From contig CM119265.1 in assembly GCA_051294375.1 (NCBI GenBank), positions 15,662,963-15,726,962 on the forward strand: DNA of 64,000 nucleotides. The letters are read 5' to 3'. Both the position numbers and the translations under genes were made by a program. The notes beneath the pieces are model-generated. The model was not told where the DNA came from. It was given only the letters and a program-made list of their open reading frames with translations, and searched no databases. This document shows, in pieces, positions 40,665 through 53,890 of this stretch; position 1 is the first letter of the stretch, and each line of letters opens with the position of its first letter. Source of the stretch: Paraspadella gotoi. Its lineage: Eukaryota; Animalia; Chaetognatha.

Positions 40665-42628
40665 GTAAGACCGCCGAAATACTACACACCACGATAGTGA
40701 TAATTTATAATGGGTCGTTCAATAAATCAATGGGTAATCGTCTGAATTGTTTTACTTGGTTGAGTTTCGCTTGAATCGTGAATTGACGCCGTCTCGTTTC
40801 GAGAGGTCTATTCGAAGCGGAGAAGGACCTCCACTTTTTACGTCTCCGCCTTAAAACTAAAGACTTTAAAATCCGCGGGACGGAGTCCTCACCACTCAGA
40901 GGCGCCGCCTCCCCGTCGCCCTTGCAATGAAAAAACAACTTGGAGAAAGGAGGGATAGTTCTTTCATTAAGCAAGAGAAAATATACATTCTTAATATAAT
41001 AGATATTCCTGCAACAATTAACTGGCGCGCTGGTAATCGACCTGGTATCATTTATCCGTTAATCATCGCCAACCTGGCCAAGTGGCCAGTTTCCCAGTCC
41101 TTTTGCACCCTCGAACCGTAACACCCTAACAACTTTTTTTCCATTTTTTTCCCTCACACGGCCGTTCTTTCACGACACACCCCAATGTTTCCCTCTCGGC
41201 AACACCCCTTCCCAAGTGACTTTGTTTCCCTCTCGAAAGTGAAAACATTTTAACCAATTTACCATCTTCGTCTAGTTTTTTGCATTTTTTATCCCTTTTT
41301 CTGTTTTTTTCTTTCTCGAGGATTTTGTTTCTCTCTCAAACTTCCATTTTTTGTCCTGATGATAAATCTTTTTATTTTCGGATTCCCGTTTTATTTCGCC
41401 TCTAGGGGTAGTATAAACAGTTTCTTTCCGTACCAAAATATAAAAAAAAATAACAAAAAACTATCGGTTGACGCTCCGCGTAAACTAAGCTAACGTAATA
41501 TTGTGAGAGGAAATGAATGGAAAGAGACCGGTGATCTCCTCGGCACCTGTTTTGGTTCGAGAAACCATTTTCTAATCCGGTCATTTTTTTTTCGTCATAA
41601 ACAACTTCGAGACGAAAATATTGACGTAGATTTTCGCCCACGATTCAAAGAACGTATCGATATATATAACGTTATAATGATTATTACATTATGATTTAAA
41701 ATTCCCATTTTTATTTTTCTATCGATTAATCAGCCTATATTTTTTTTCGCGTCACAACAGGTTTTCTAGAACCTGGCGCTCATACAGCCTTTTTGTTTTT
41801 ACACGCCCAAACTGAGAGTCCGATTTCACTTTTTTTTATTCTCCGAACTGTTTATTCTATTTCTCAGTTTAAGCCTCTCAAAATCCAATGTATATTTTTT
41901 GAAATTAAAAACCATTCTAAATCGAGCTGTGTCCGAGAGGCAGCTATTTTTTTTGAAGGGGTTCTCTACAAAACATTCCAACACCCTTAAATTACGAAAG
42001 AGAAAAATAAAATATTTATATTATATATTATATATTATATTTATTATATTATATTATATATTATTTGCGCTCACATAGAACATACAACCTCGGTCAAACC
42101 ACTTGACCTTAACGTTGACCTTTGAAATACCATTGTAATAGACTAGCATCTGAGCATTTTGACAGTTATTGTTTATAACCATGTTGAAGAATAAATCATT
42201 CTTGATCTGAAACTTGTGTTGTCATAATATCGTGTTGTGATGCGAATTTGGTTAGTTACATATTTTCATGAGTAATTACGTAGTAACCTTAATTTTCTAT
42301 TTCTAAATTTAAATATATGATTCCCCAATACGTATTTCTTCTCTATGTAAGTAACCGAAGGGTTCGAATATATTCCAGTCGGCGATGTCTCCACCCGCCG
42401 AACAATTCCGAGAGTCTCTTTCCAAACTTTACTTTTTGCGGTTTCCCCTTTTTTTATTCCTCGAATTCGTCAATGACTCCCCCCCCTCCCCGCCCCCCTC
42501 CACGCCCCCCTCTTTTAGCATCTCTCTTATTTCTTCTTTATTCTTCTTTTTCTTATATATTTTTGTTCGTTTTTTTTTCGTCTTTTGTTTATTCGTTCTT
42601 CAAACACGACTCGTCGGTTCTGGAGGGA

Positions 42629-42653
42629 NNNNNNNNNNNNNNNNNNNNNNNNN
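42629..42653. other. Assembly gap (25 N)
   Basis: Run of N. Confidence 1.
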
Positions 42654-43371
42654 AAAAAAAAAATTTCATCAATTATTTTGGCACCGATTTTCATCGTTTG
42701 TTGGCTTAAAACGTAATTTTCGTTTAGAAGGTTATTTTATCGCGAAAACAAGATAAATTAATTTTTCGAATTATATTACGCTTGACTATATCTAGATACT
42801 AATCGATAATTTACTTTAATTTTAAATCACCATTTTCGTATGGGCGCTGGTTCGCGCGGATTGTCCAATCACTTTCATAGTTCCTTCTTCCGAAATATGA
42901 AATATCGATTCGTTTCTATCTGTCTCCCTCCCACACATCGCCCCATTCCCAATTCCCTACGCCCTCCTACTCTATCCTCACCGGCCTCGCCCCCCCCCCG
43001 CCCCCCCTAGCTAAACTCACTCCCGATTTCCCTCCCATTCTCTTCTTTGGCGCCGCCGGAATTCTCTCCATAAAAATCTCATTTCGGCCCAGATTTCTTT
43101 TTTTTTTCATATTTCCGACTGTCGTCCGGATCTATTTTTCGTTCCGCCCTTTCCTTAAAAGTTCTTTAAATTAGAGAACATACGGCATATTCACTTGCGA
43201 ACCGTGTTTACTTTGTAATTACATATTTAATTTAAAAACCGCTATGGGCTATTTTTTCTCAAACATTCTGTTTAAAAAACGTTCAATTGTCCAATTATGA
43301 TTTTGATCATAATCGAGTTTCGATTCGATGTTTTTTTTTTTATTTAAAATTTATATCTATTTCCTTTTCAG

Positions 43372-44820
43372 CGGAGGATCGCGTCGTCGATGTCGCTGGC
43401 AGACAGTCCGCCTCCCTACCTAACCACCACAAGTTACATCCGGACTTTCCGCGAAACGCTGGCGAGGAAAGTCGAGGTCGACATCCAGGCAGCCCGGGCG
43501 GACGACGCCCTCCGCCTGGCAGCCCGATGAAACATCAGGCGATGCCCGCGAGTCCCGCCAAAACGACAGTCAGGTGACGATGGGCGGTGTGAGTGAAGAG
43601 ACATCGAATGAAACGCCTGTAATTAATAATTATTAATATTTATGTTTTAAAAACTTTGTAAAACGCAACTGTTTCAAATGACACCTCTCACTCCATCCGT
43701 CAACATCCCCCTTCATTCCTCAGTCGATCGTCATCCAAAACCTCGACGGGAGGTTTCTTCCGGTTCGGAGCGACGCCGCCTTCGTCGCCGGCTCGACACT
43801 CGGCGCCGGCGCGGAGCGAGCGGCGCTTCGACGACGACGACGACAACGACGACGATGAAGCGTCGAAACCGCGTCGTTACGACGAGTGCGCTGTACCGAC
43901 GGCGCCTGCGCGGGCGCGGCACAAACTGCAGAAGCGGGCACGATCGTTTAAGGTGAGAGATGGTGCTGTGGTAGTTCCCTTTTTTTGTCGTCTTCATAAT
44001 TTCAATAATAACCTTGTTAAGAAAGCAAACATTTATCAAATCAGTTAAGTGTGAATTAGAAATCGTATGAAAAGGTTTTTGTAAACATCTCATTTTTAAT
44101 CTCCACTTTCCACTTCGATGCTCTTTTTTTCCCCTTCCTACCAGGAGGACATCCTCTGCAAACTGCGCAGCCACTCCGCCTCCCGCAACCCGGCGTCCAG
44201 AGGATCCGGTGGACGAAGCTCGGCGTCCGGGTCGCCGACTCCGACTCCCGGGTCGTCGCCCTCAGCTTCGCCTTCTCATCACTACGCGTCGCCACAGTCG
44301 ATCGCATCGATCAAGGTCAAAACAAAAGATATCCAGACATCATGTGAATTTTGGTATTTCTTTTCTAGTTTCTAGAAATACCGATAACGATAATTATATT
44401 ATTTATGTTATCATTTAAAAAAAAACCTCTTATGTAACCGTCTTAAGAAAATCGAGACAAGACAATTTACTGTAATTATTAACGTTAAATATATAACGTC
44501 TTTTTTATTTTCCCACTCATCGACAGAGCGGCGGCGGTGGCGGTCTTTGGACCCTCGGAGGGTGGCGCCACTCCTCTTCCTCCTCCGGTGCTACTCACGC
44601 TCGCCACTCCTTAGGCTCCACTACTAGCACCTGCTCCTCTTCCTCCTCCCCTCGAGCGTCACGGCGTCCCGTCTCCGCTTCCTCCGCCGGCGCCTGGATT
44701 TCCGGCGCCGGATGTCGGTACAGCGTTTCGTCGGCGGCGTCTTCGTCGACGACGTACGACTCGACGGACGGTTGGAGTCGGTCCGGTCACAAGGACGACA
44801 GAGACGAAATCGTCAAAGTG
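43372..44820 (+). CDS. RAPGEF1: N-terminal exons of a Rap guanine nucleotide exchange factor 1 (C3G)-like gene; partial, continues beyond the window
   Basis: Exons 43372-43573, 43724-43952, 44145-44315 and 44527-44820 join in frame with GT-AG ends. The protein is Ser/Pro/Gly-rich and contains HKLQKRARSFKEDILCKLRS, which matches my recollection of the invertebrate C3G N-terminal motif (RRARSFK[DE]D.[IL]EK[IL]S). It ends DDRDEIVKV|gtgagt, about where the conserved helical block should begin. No REM or RasGEF exons were found in the window, so the identity rests on one motif. Confidence 0.68.
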
Positions 44821-45327
44821 GTGAGTTGAGAATTCCGCTTTATTATCTTTTCCTTTCAATCAAATGACGCTAGCATCAACGGCTTTTGCGCAGTGAAAAT
44901 TTATACATTATCTTTATTATAATATAGTAATTGAAACTTATGGAGAGATAAAAATAATAACGACAGTTGAGAACGCGAAGTATATCAGGGATGAAAAATT
45001 GTAAATGTTGTTCATGAATCAGAAGATGTATTTTACGAGTTCAAAATCGGTTCCAATTTGAGGGAAATGAATACAATTTTGAAAATAAGATAGAACTTAA
45101 CGATATTTTTGAAAAAGTGCAATGGCCTGTTATTAAGAGCAACGCAAACGCGGGCAAGGACCGGGCAAATTCGGTGAGAAGTGGGCAAAAAGAGGAGAGA
45201 AAATGTAGCCGCGCATATTTAAGGGAGAAAACATTTTTGGTCTGCTGCGCTTAGGTTGCTTTGGTGAAAAAAAAAAAGGGGAGAAACTTTTAGCCATTGT
45301 ATAAGAAGCGGAGAGAGAGAGAGAGAG

Positions 45328-45381
<54 letters not shown>

Positions 45382-46011
45382 AGAGAGACAAAGTTCAGGG
45401 CAATTATTCAAATCACCACTCCAGAGTTTTCCCCCTTTTTAGAAATTTAGCTTCACTCTAAAGCAAAGTATAAAAAAGAAGAAGAAAAAAAGTTGGCAAC
45501 CTAACACCCCCCCTCCCTGCTCCTACGACTCACCCCCACCCCACCCCCACCCCTAAAAAGAAACTTTCGCTGAAACTCGATCGCCTAAATCCGTTTTTTT
45601 TTCGGCGGCGCGTTCGCCAATCCGTCGCGTCTATATTCCGCTCGGAGGCGCTTGATGGACAGCGGCGTCGAAGCGCAACGCTGGCCACGCCCCTTGACGC
45701 TCTCGACGCCCGACCCACGCGGTTTCGTTCTCGATACCCCCGTTCGTCTCGCTCCGTAACGGCGGGGGCAGCCCACGTCTCGTGCTGTCCGAAGTGTTTA
45801 CTTTATTTCCTCGCTATCTTCCCTTGGAATTTTTCAAGGATTTTCCTACTTTTATTTTTTTCTTCTTCCTACTGCATTTTGTCCTTCTTTTCTTTTCTTT
45901 TCTTTCTTTTCTTTCTTCTTTTCTTTTCTTTCTTTTCTTTTCTTCTTTCTTTCTTTTTTCTTTTTTCTTTTTCTTTTTTCTTTTTTTTCTTCTTTTCTTC
46001 TTTCTTTCTCT

Positions 46012-46048
<37 letters not shown>

Positions 46049-46107
46049 TTTCTTTCTTTCTTTCTTTCTTCTCGTTATAGTCGAGTTGTGTTTTTTCACG
46101 CGTGACC

Positions 46108-46192
<85 letters not shown>

Positions 46193-49100
46193 AGAATTCC
46201 ATCTCCTTAAGAACACGCCTCCTGTCGCTTTTCCCTCTCGTCTTCCATCGCACGCCCGCGGATTTCTTTGCATCCGCCGCCTTATATCTCTTTCGTCGTC
46301 GCTGTCGTCGTCGTCGTCCCGTTCAGCGTTCTTTCGTCGTCGTGCGAGTCTTCATCGTCGTCGGCGTATTTATTTTTATAAAACGTGACGACTCTGCGCT
46401 TTTCGAGAATTCAAAGACCTTGAAGAGGCTGCTAACGAATACAGAGTAACTTGTGGTCACAGTGTAGACACTCCTGGTTATCCGGTTAATTGCGCTAAAG
46501 GGTTTTTTTTTGTCTTTATCGAATCCAGAAAATATTGCTTTTATATTTGATGTAAATATTTTTCCATTTTTTCTCGTCCTTCCCCTAGTTGTAACTACTC
46601 CTATTGACGTCCTCGTCGGAGTAAAAGGATGAAAGAAGAAAAAGAGAGGGAAGGGGCGTGATCATGTGAAAAAGGCGTGGCCGTTCTCACCTCAATCTGT
46701 CGTTCGGCTCACGAAAATTCTCTTCACTCGGGGACAAAAACGATTAAGATTTTTTTTTCAACAACAAAGAAGATCAGATTGATTCTTGAGTCTTGACTAC
46801 ATCATCATGACGTTCAACACTCGAACAAAAACCTCGTACGTTTTTAAAAATCGGCTAATAAATAAATTGATTTTTCGCTTACGAAGTTTTATCTTACCGA
46901 ATTCCCGATCGAACTAAAAAAATTAAAAAATTTTAAATCGATTTCGTTTTTGTTTAAAGTATTTAAATCTTATAAATTTCATTATAATTGGTTATAATGA
47001 GAAATATTTTTAAAAAAATGTATATGAAATGTACAATAATATAAAAATTTCCATTCATTTAATAATTAAGCTATCTTGCCCATACTTGGACAGGTTTTGT
47101 GGTTAAGGCCTCCATCACTCTTACAGACAATGGCAGTCTCGTGCAAGCTTTTAATGAAGACCTCACTCACAGTCTGGTTTATAACACTCCCAGAGTTACC
47201 TGGCTTCCTTATCAAGGAAGTCGAATAATGTTTCAAAGAATATTTACAATTCAAATTCGCACATAGATAAATGGTTCATCGCTTTTGCTTTGTAAGTCGC
47301 ATGCTATGGTAACATTAATTATTTAGTTACTATGTAATGGCAAAAACATTATAATTATTAGCATCTTATCATATTTTTAGCCACACTACGAATAAGAAGA
47401 CGAAGTAATTTAAGTGAAAAAGATCAAATTATAATGAAAAAAATATTTCTTGACAATTTTTAAATTGTCAATATCAAAAGTAAACAGAAGCGCAGAGCAC
47501 GACGCTGCCGGAAGATCTGGACAAAAAACCGCGTCTTTAGGAGTTGCCGAAAGAAAAACCCGTGCAGCGGCCACCAAATCCAAACAAAGAGCGAGCCAGG
47601 TCGCGCGCCTTTACTTGACAGTGAACGAATGAGAGGTGCCTGCAATCCAGCGAAGAGAGACCAATCCTGAGGGCGATGGGCGAGAAAAAGAGAGCGTTGG
47701 AACAAGGAACTCGGCGAGACTGGATTGTACGAGTCGAGGATGCCAAGTGATGAGGCGTGCAAACCAAGAGAAAATGACCAACGTGACAAATATACTTTCT
47801 TTTAGAAATCGTTTTTTAAACAAGTTGAGCAAAACCAATGCTCGGATCGCAATTAAGAAAAAGATGCAATGTTAAAAAAAATGATACAAGTTGAAAAAAT
47901 ATGCGAATTTTAAAAATGATGCAATTGAAAAAGATTGAGTTGAAAAAAATGATTGAGGTGAAAAAATGATGCGAAGGTAAAAAAGATTTAAAAAATTGTG
48001 ATTATCATCTGATAAGCTGCATTACCGTTAATTAGGTCGTAAGCAGATCGACATTGTTTGCCTCAAACTTGTTTTTTGATATCCATTCACCTAATCATAA
48101 TTTAATCAAAAACCATTAAACAACTGAAAGCAGCAAAAAAAATTAATTATAATCTTGTCGGTTGACCGAGTATGAATAACAATCGGGTCACTCTCAATTC
48201 CCAATATACCAACTGCAATACTATATCTTAAAAAAATGATAATTTCATCTAAAGGTATTTTTTGTCAATCAACGTTTCATTTAACAATTTAAATACAAAC
48301 CTGAAAAGATATCCAAAAAAACAATGAATTTGTTGAAGTTGAAACTCCAGTAGATTTTTCCAATGTTTGGAAATCTTTCTTTGATGATTTCTTTGCATGC
48401 AGGAAAACAAAAAGAAAAAAAAAACACGAAAAAAACGATCGGACGCATAAGATCTTTTCCGGATTCGATAAACGACGTTTTAAAACCGTACGACAGGGTT
48501 GTTTGAGATGAAAACTACGCAACGATCTAAACAGGACAACATACATTTTTAGTTTAAAGCCAGAACTCATTTTTTATAGGTTCAGTGTTAATTGGAATGT
48601 AATATATAGCTAAACAAAACGACTTACAATTTTAAATAAGAAACGACAAAAATTCTCAGCACGATTATGCATTAAAAAAAAATGTTTTCGTCGCGAGCCG
48701 TCCGTTCCTTAATATTAATATTAAATTAGCTTCTGAAATATATTAATGGGAAGGAAATAATCCTTCGCTCAGATGTGACTCTTCTCTCAGAGTTAATCTC
48801 GGCTCCAGAAGGCAGCTGCGTTAGTTGAAATCATTATCATTTTATTAAATTGGTTTTTTTTAACATATCATTTCGTGATACCGTTAACGAATTACAATAT
48901 TTACGTATGTTCTACTCTATTGTTTTTGTTATTAAGAAGAACATTAAATACATTAAACTTTACCGAAAACATTTTTGTCGTTTCTATTGTCGTTACCGGT
49001 AATAACAGTATAGTTAAAAACAGTCGAAATAAGAAAATGACGGCCCTCGTGATAACCATCAGAAGCCTAAAACCCTCAAGCATTTTTGTTTCTTCGTTTC

Positions 49101-49219
49101 TTTCTATTTTTTTTATTAATTTCCCCTTCACTTCCGCTTGTCCTCGAGAAAAACGTTTTGCGCGCCTCGTTTTAGAAAAAGGCGGTTTGAGTCGCGAATC
49201 GGCGAATTCTTTCAGCCTC

Positions 49220-49233
49220 GTTACCATAGCAAC
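49220..49233. promoter_or_regulatory. RFX X-box motif
   Basis: GTTACCATAGCAAC is a canonical near-palindromic X-box. Confidence 0.5.
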
Positions 49234-50959
49234 ACCTGCGAAAACGTTTCCGCCGCTCACTCGGCTTCTGGTCTTTTTTTTTCTTGGCGTAAGTACTCGA
49301 CTAAACGTCAGGAGGCGTTGAGAACAAAATATGACTAAAAAAAATTTTTCAAAACTGAAACATTGGAAAGAAGACAAATTTAGAAAGTCTCGCGGAAAAC
49401 ATTGGGGGGGAAAAAGCGAGAGACATAGAGGAATAACGAGAAGAGTAGAGAAGCTTTTATTCTAAAAAATACTGTGAAAAAAATATCAGATTGGCAAAGG
49501 GGAATTCACTCAGAACTTGTCTCGATATTTACTTATCACTATCAGTAATTCTCTTCTTTAAATTCTAATCGAGTCCAAATTTTTTATTTTATTTTGTTTT
49601 CCTTTAAAAAGCGCGGCTCTCAGTTTCGCTCGCGACTCCACAGGAGCGAGGGGGGGGGGTTAAGAGGCGCAGAGAGGCGCAGCATGGGGGCGCCAATGGT
49701 CCCTCTCAGTTTTTCTTTTCTCCCCGAGACGGTTGATTTCATAGGAGCTTTTATCGGTAACGGTTTTCTCTCTCGTCGACTCATTACTGAAAAACGAGTT
49801 TTCGGTCCCCGAATAATGAAGGAACTCCCTAATGATTTTCACCGTCTTTTAAACGATAAAAAAAACATCGGAGCGAGGCAAGAAAGAAAAACTGTTTTTT
49901 TTTTAGTTGAGAAAACTTTCTTATGTCCTTTGTCCTCGATATAGATCTATCCTCTTTTGTGAGCAACTCTTTATCCAACTAGGCCAAGCATTCAGAACGA
50001 CAATTTCGTTCATTTCCAGAATAATCTTCTAGTAATTATGTTCGCTCGTAGTTTTATTTGACATCAAGTTCTTACCTCTTTTTGTACGCGTAGGCTTGTC
50101 ATTTTTTTTTCTGTTAATCTGCGTCGCGAAGATGACGCGGCCGCCCACGCTCCTAGAAAAAACGTAAAGGAAAAAAAACAAAAAAAAATTCTGGACCTTT
50201 ACGAGTCAAATTCGATCGTGACAATCATCGTCATCGTTAATCCGCCCAAGTCCGGCCCACGCCTCGATTAGGAATGTTCCGACGACGACGACGACGTCGA
50301 TTATGACGACGACGAGGACGAAATCCTAGTTTTCGTCGGAGTCACTTTCAAGTCCGCGACCCAATTAGATGCTGCCAAGTCACGTGACGTAATGTCGCGT
50401 CCCGTCACGTGATCGATCATTTTCCCGACGTCGCAATCGATCCGGGCGGCCGATTTGAGGCTTTTCGCTGAGAGGTAGGAGAGCACTTCGCCAGAGTCCT
50501 CGATCCAGAGTGATTGACTGAAATTCTCTGCCCAGAAAGACACGAAGCAGCTGGATTGATTGAGGTCGCGCGTTGCTTGGTCAACGATGAGATCAGGGTC
50601 TTAAACTAAGCTGCCAGAAAAACCTAGGAAAACTCATTAATAGCGACCGCAAAAAATTCGAGAAATTTTTTTTCCCTGGATCGTTCACTACAAATAGTTT
50701 CATTTAAAAAAAAAATAAGAAAGATATTTTGATGCTTTATCTTTGGAACTTGTAATGACCAAATTTAAAAAAAAATTGTAGATTTACACTAAAATTGGGA
50801 AAAAAAATTAATATTTTTTTTTGGGGGGGGGTTTAGTTTAAAATTATTACTCCTTAGATCAAAACGAGCCACGCCGAAAAGTTCAGAGAAGTTACCCCCG
50901 GACTTGGACGTCAAGCGCTTTCTCACTCTAAAAACTGGACGGCCCGCTGCAGGCTCCGT

Positions 50960-53890
50960 TCAACTCTCTCCGGCCGCCTGTAGAGCCGCCTCCTCGACCG
51001 CCGAGAATGCCCCGTCGGCTTCTTCGGCCACCTTCACCAGCTTCTTTAAGACATCCTTGCGGGGCACTTGAGCGTCGAGGTTGTCCAGGACGTCCTCGGC
51101 CGTTTCGATTTTATTCACGTCATCCACGTCATTGAGATCACTTTCCACGACTTTCTCCACTTCCGCATCCTTCTTCTGCTTCGGCGCTTGTGACGACAAG
51201 ACCGTCGAACCTGATTGCGAGCTTTCCTCCGTAGTGCTGTTTCCGACGGCGCCTCCAGATTCACTTCCATTCGTCTCTCCCTTCGACTCTTCGTCCTCAA
51301 TGACTTTGTCGATGTCCTTATCCACCTTCGACAGACGATCCTTCTCGTGAGCCAGTTGATTCTTCAACAGCTTGCTCAGACCCGACGCCGGCTTCTTAGA
51401 TCCGTTGCTCGTCTTGTTAACTTGCTGCGACTTCTGCTCCGATTCCGAATCCCCGACCTCCTCGACGAGGAAAGTGCGGTTCTTCTGGACATCGACGACT
51501 TGAAGGACTTTTCCGGGAGGTTTCTTCGACTTCGTGGTCAGGCCTGAAGTCCGACCAAAATTGTTGATTGGGTCTCTCTTATTGTTTACAGTCCATCGAC
51601 CATCGGAGCTTGTTTTTAAACTCACCCGATGCTGCCGCTTTCGAGGACGAGTTCGTGGGCAAGGATTCAATGGTTAAATTGGCGTTTTCGTTCGTCGCGT
51701 TAGCTTTGTCGTTCGTCGCGTTAGCTTTGTCGTTCGTCACATTAGCTTTGTCGTTCGTCGTCCCATTCTTCGTCATCTCGTTGGTTGTATTAGTCGCTGT
51801 TCCGTTGACCGTTTCGTTCGCTTCTTCGTTCTTCGTTTGATCATTTGTTGTTTTTGTCATTGCGTCCGTCTGTTCGTCTGTCCCGTTCGTGTCATCAACG
51901 CCCTCTTTCGAATCCGCCGCGTTCTTCGCCGCCGCCGTCTCATCGTCCATTGATGTCGTCGGAGCCGGCGTCGACGACTCGTTGCTCGAAGCGCATATGG
52001 GATTGGGGTCTCCTAAGGTCGTCGGAAGGAAGGCCCCGCTGGGGGTGCAGTGGAACACGGAGCCGACGATGCCTTCGACTAGGACGGCGTCGACTTTGCA
52101 GCCAACGAATTCGCAATCGTCACCGACCAGAACGGTCTTAGTATCGAAGGGGCCCGGCACCGTAGGGCACTTGAAATCGGCCAGAGCGTCAAACAAGGAG
52201 AGCGGGCAATGGCGACGATAGCATTGCGGCAGGCTGGTATCTATCAGCCGATCGTCTCTGCCGGCCATCGCCCAAAACGCAGAGGGTGAAGGCGAGTTGT
52301 CGTTGGAGTCGACTGTGGAGTTCGCGTCGAATGGAATTGGGGCGTGGCAGACGATTTTCTTAGGGTAGTCGTCGTAGAAAGACCCTATGTCCTAAAAACG
52401 GAAACCTGATTTTTTTTTACCAGTTAGACCATATTGACAAATTATTTTTGATAAGGCATCAACCTTGTGCTTCGTCCCATTTTCACACCTCACCACCCCC
52501 AATTCCTAGTATCCCCTTTCCGTTTCTCACCGCGAGATTCCAAAACCCAGCCTTCTCGTTGCAAACGATGTCGCATTGTTTCCCCTTGTAAACGAAAGCC
52601 TTCGTCTGCTCGGTTCCTTCCATCAGGACGATCTCCAACTCGCAACCTGCGAACTCGGGGTTCTGGCTGTACTCTTTGGCGTCATCCGACGGCTGCATAT
52701 TGACCAGAAGGGTGAGGTCGCAGTAGTCGTTCGCCAGCGCCGTCTGGATGAGCTTGACCTCGGCTTCCGCCACGTCGCGAATATCTTTGCGCACCTCCTA
52801 CTCAAGTCGGATTTAGAGATTCAGATGTTCAAATATAACAACGAATAAGAGGTATGTATCGATGTATTGACACCTGTAACTGACTGTTTACGCTGTTTTC
52901 GACGGTTGCGTTGGCCTCATGCAGTTTCAACTCGAGCTGCTTCAAGTTGTTTTCCTGCGCGGCCAACCAGTTGCGAAGTTCGGCCAAGGGGTCGGGTTTC
53001 GTGGGTGCCGGCTCCGAAGTCGAATCCACCGTGTAAACCTAAAGTTGTTCTGTTTTTATTATTGACGAGATAATTAAAAGATGGCTTCAAATTTATTTTG
53101 CGGTTCGTTAAACTCTGAAATCCGATTGAGCAGTAATTAGAAATTAATCTGGTCTATCGTTTGCCCAATATTTTTCACGTGAAAGAAATTCAAGTCGCCA
53201 ATGTTCGCTGTCAAAATATATAATTTCAAACGAAATTAATTACATCAGTTAATGTTTTCCAACATCCACTGACAGTTCCTTTCTCCCCCATCATCTCCAA
53301 AAGAAACCTGCGATTTCTTGGGGGAGGACGCGACGACGCATGCCCAGATGATCAGCGCCATCGCTACAACGATGAAGATGCAGCAGGCGAAGAGAAGGCA
53401 GAGGTCGAGCTCTCTGTCGTGATCGCCCGCCGGCTGATTGTTGTTTCGCCTATAAGAACTGTACGGCTCTGTGAGAAAATGACAATCTCTTATCGAGGGA
53501 TCATTGAGAGGGTCAAGACTCAATTATCAACCTCTGATGATCATGTAGACCCTCTGCTTCTTCGACTGCGAACCGTCGGATTCCTTTTTGAGGTCCGTGC
53601 CGCTCCGCTCTCCCGGCAACTCGGTCGTCGACACCGGAGCCTCGGCACCGTCAGCACCGTCGGCGGGCGCATCGTCGTCGGCGTTACTGATAGCGTTGGC
53701 GTCGTTGTCGGCGTTGCTGATAGCGTTGGCGTCACTTTGGGCTTGGGCGGCATTGTTGTCGGCCGATTCCGACCCCAACAGACCCACGTTTTCTTTTTCG
53801 ATTGAGAAATCAAATATTTTATATTATTCCTATTTACACAATATCTATAGGAATGACGCGTCCTCAATTTTTACCTTGGCTCTCAGCCAT
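50960..53890 (-). CDS. Uncharacterised type II single-pass membrane glycoprotein, about 753 aa, 7 exons
   Basis: Exons 53875-53890, 53532-53792, 53308-53468, 52874-53038, 52489-52797, 51626-52391 and 50960-51543 are phase-consistent (2262 nt). Domain order: acidic N-terminus without a signal peptide; one hydrophobic helix (LCLLFACCIFIVVAMALIIWACVVA); a coiled-coil-like stalk; a Cys-containing region; a Thr/Asn-rich segment with many N-x-T sequons; an acidic helical C-terminus. Confidence 0.8.
51685..51762 (-). repeat. Coding 21-bp tandem repeat (TNDKAN[VA] x3, then TNENAN)
   Basis: The unit ttagctttgtcgttcgtc(gcg/aca) repeats on the plus strand; each unit supplies an N-x-T glycosylation sequon. 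Confidence 0.85.

Larger units (their letters stand above)
23263..42478 (+). repeat. Tandem duplication of about 9.6 kb (copy A 23263-32929, copy B 32930-42478), probably an assembly artefact
   Basis: Both copies start ggggaagggagaggtcgagtttggttcg and end ctcgaattcgtcaatgact. They are colinear throughout and differ mostly by 1-nt indels. A 25-N gap follows 150 bp after copy B. Confidence 0.95.

Noticed and set aside
43372-43530. Alternative frame RRIASSMSLADSPPPY...LAAR* in the first secure C3G exon
   Set aside because: It stops within the exon, whereas the AEDRVV frame joins three downstream exons without a stop.
50100-50300. SECIS element that would explain the in-frame TGA
   Set aside because: ATGA motifs are present on the minus strand, but there is no convincing stem with the AAR loop and GA quartet.
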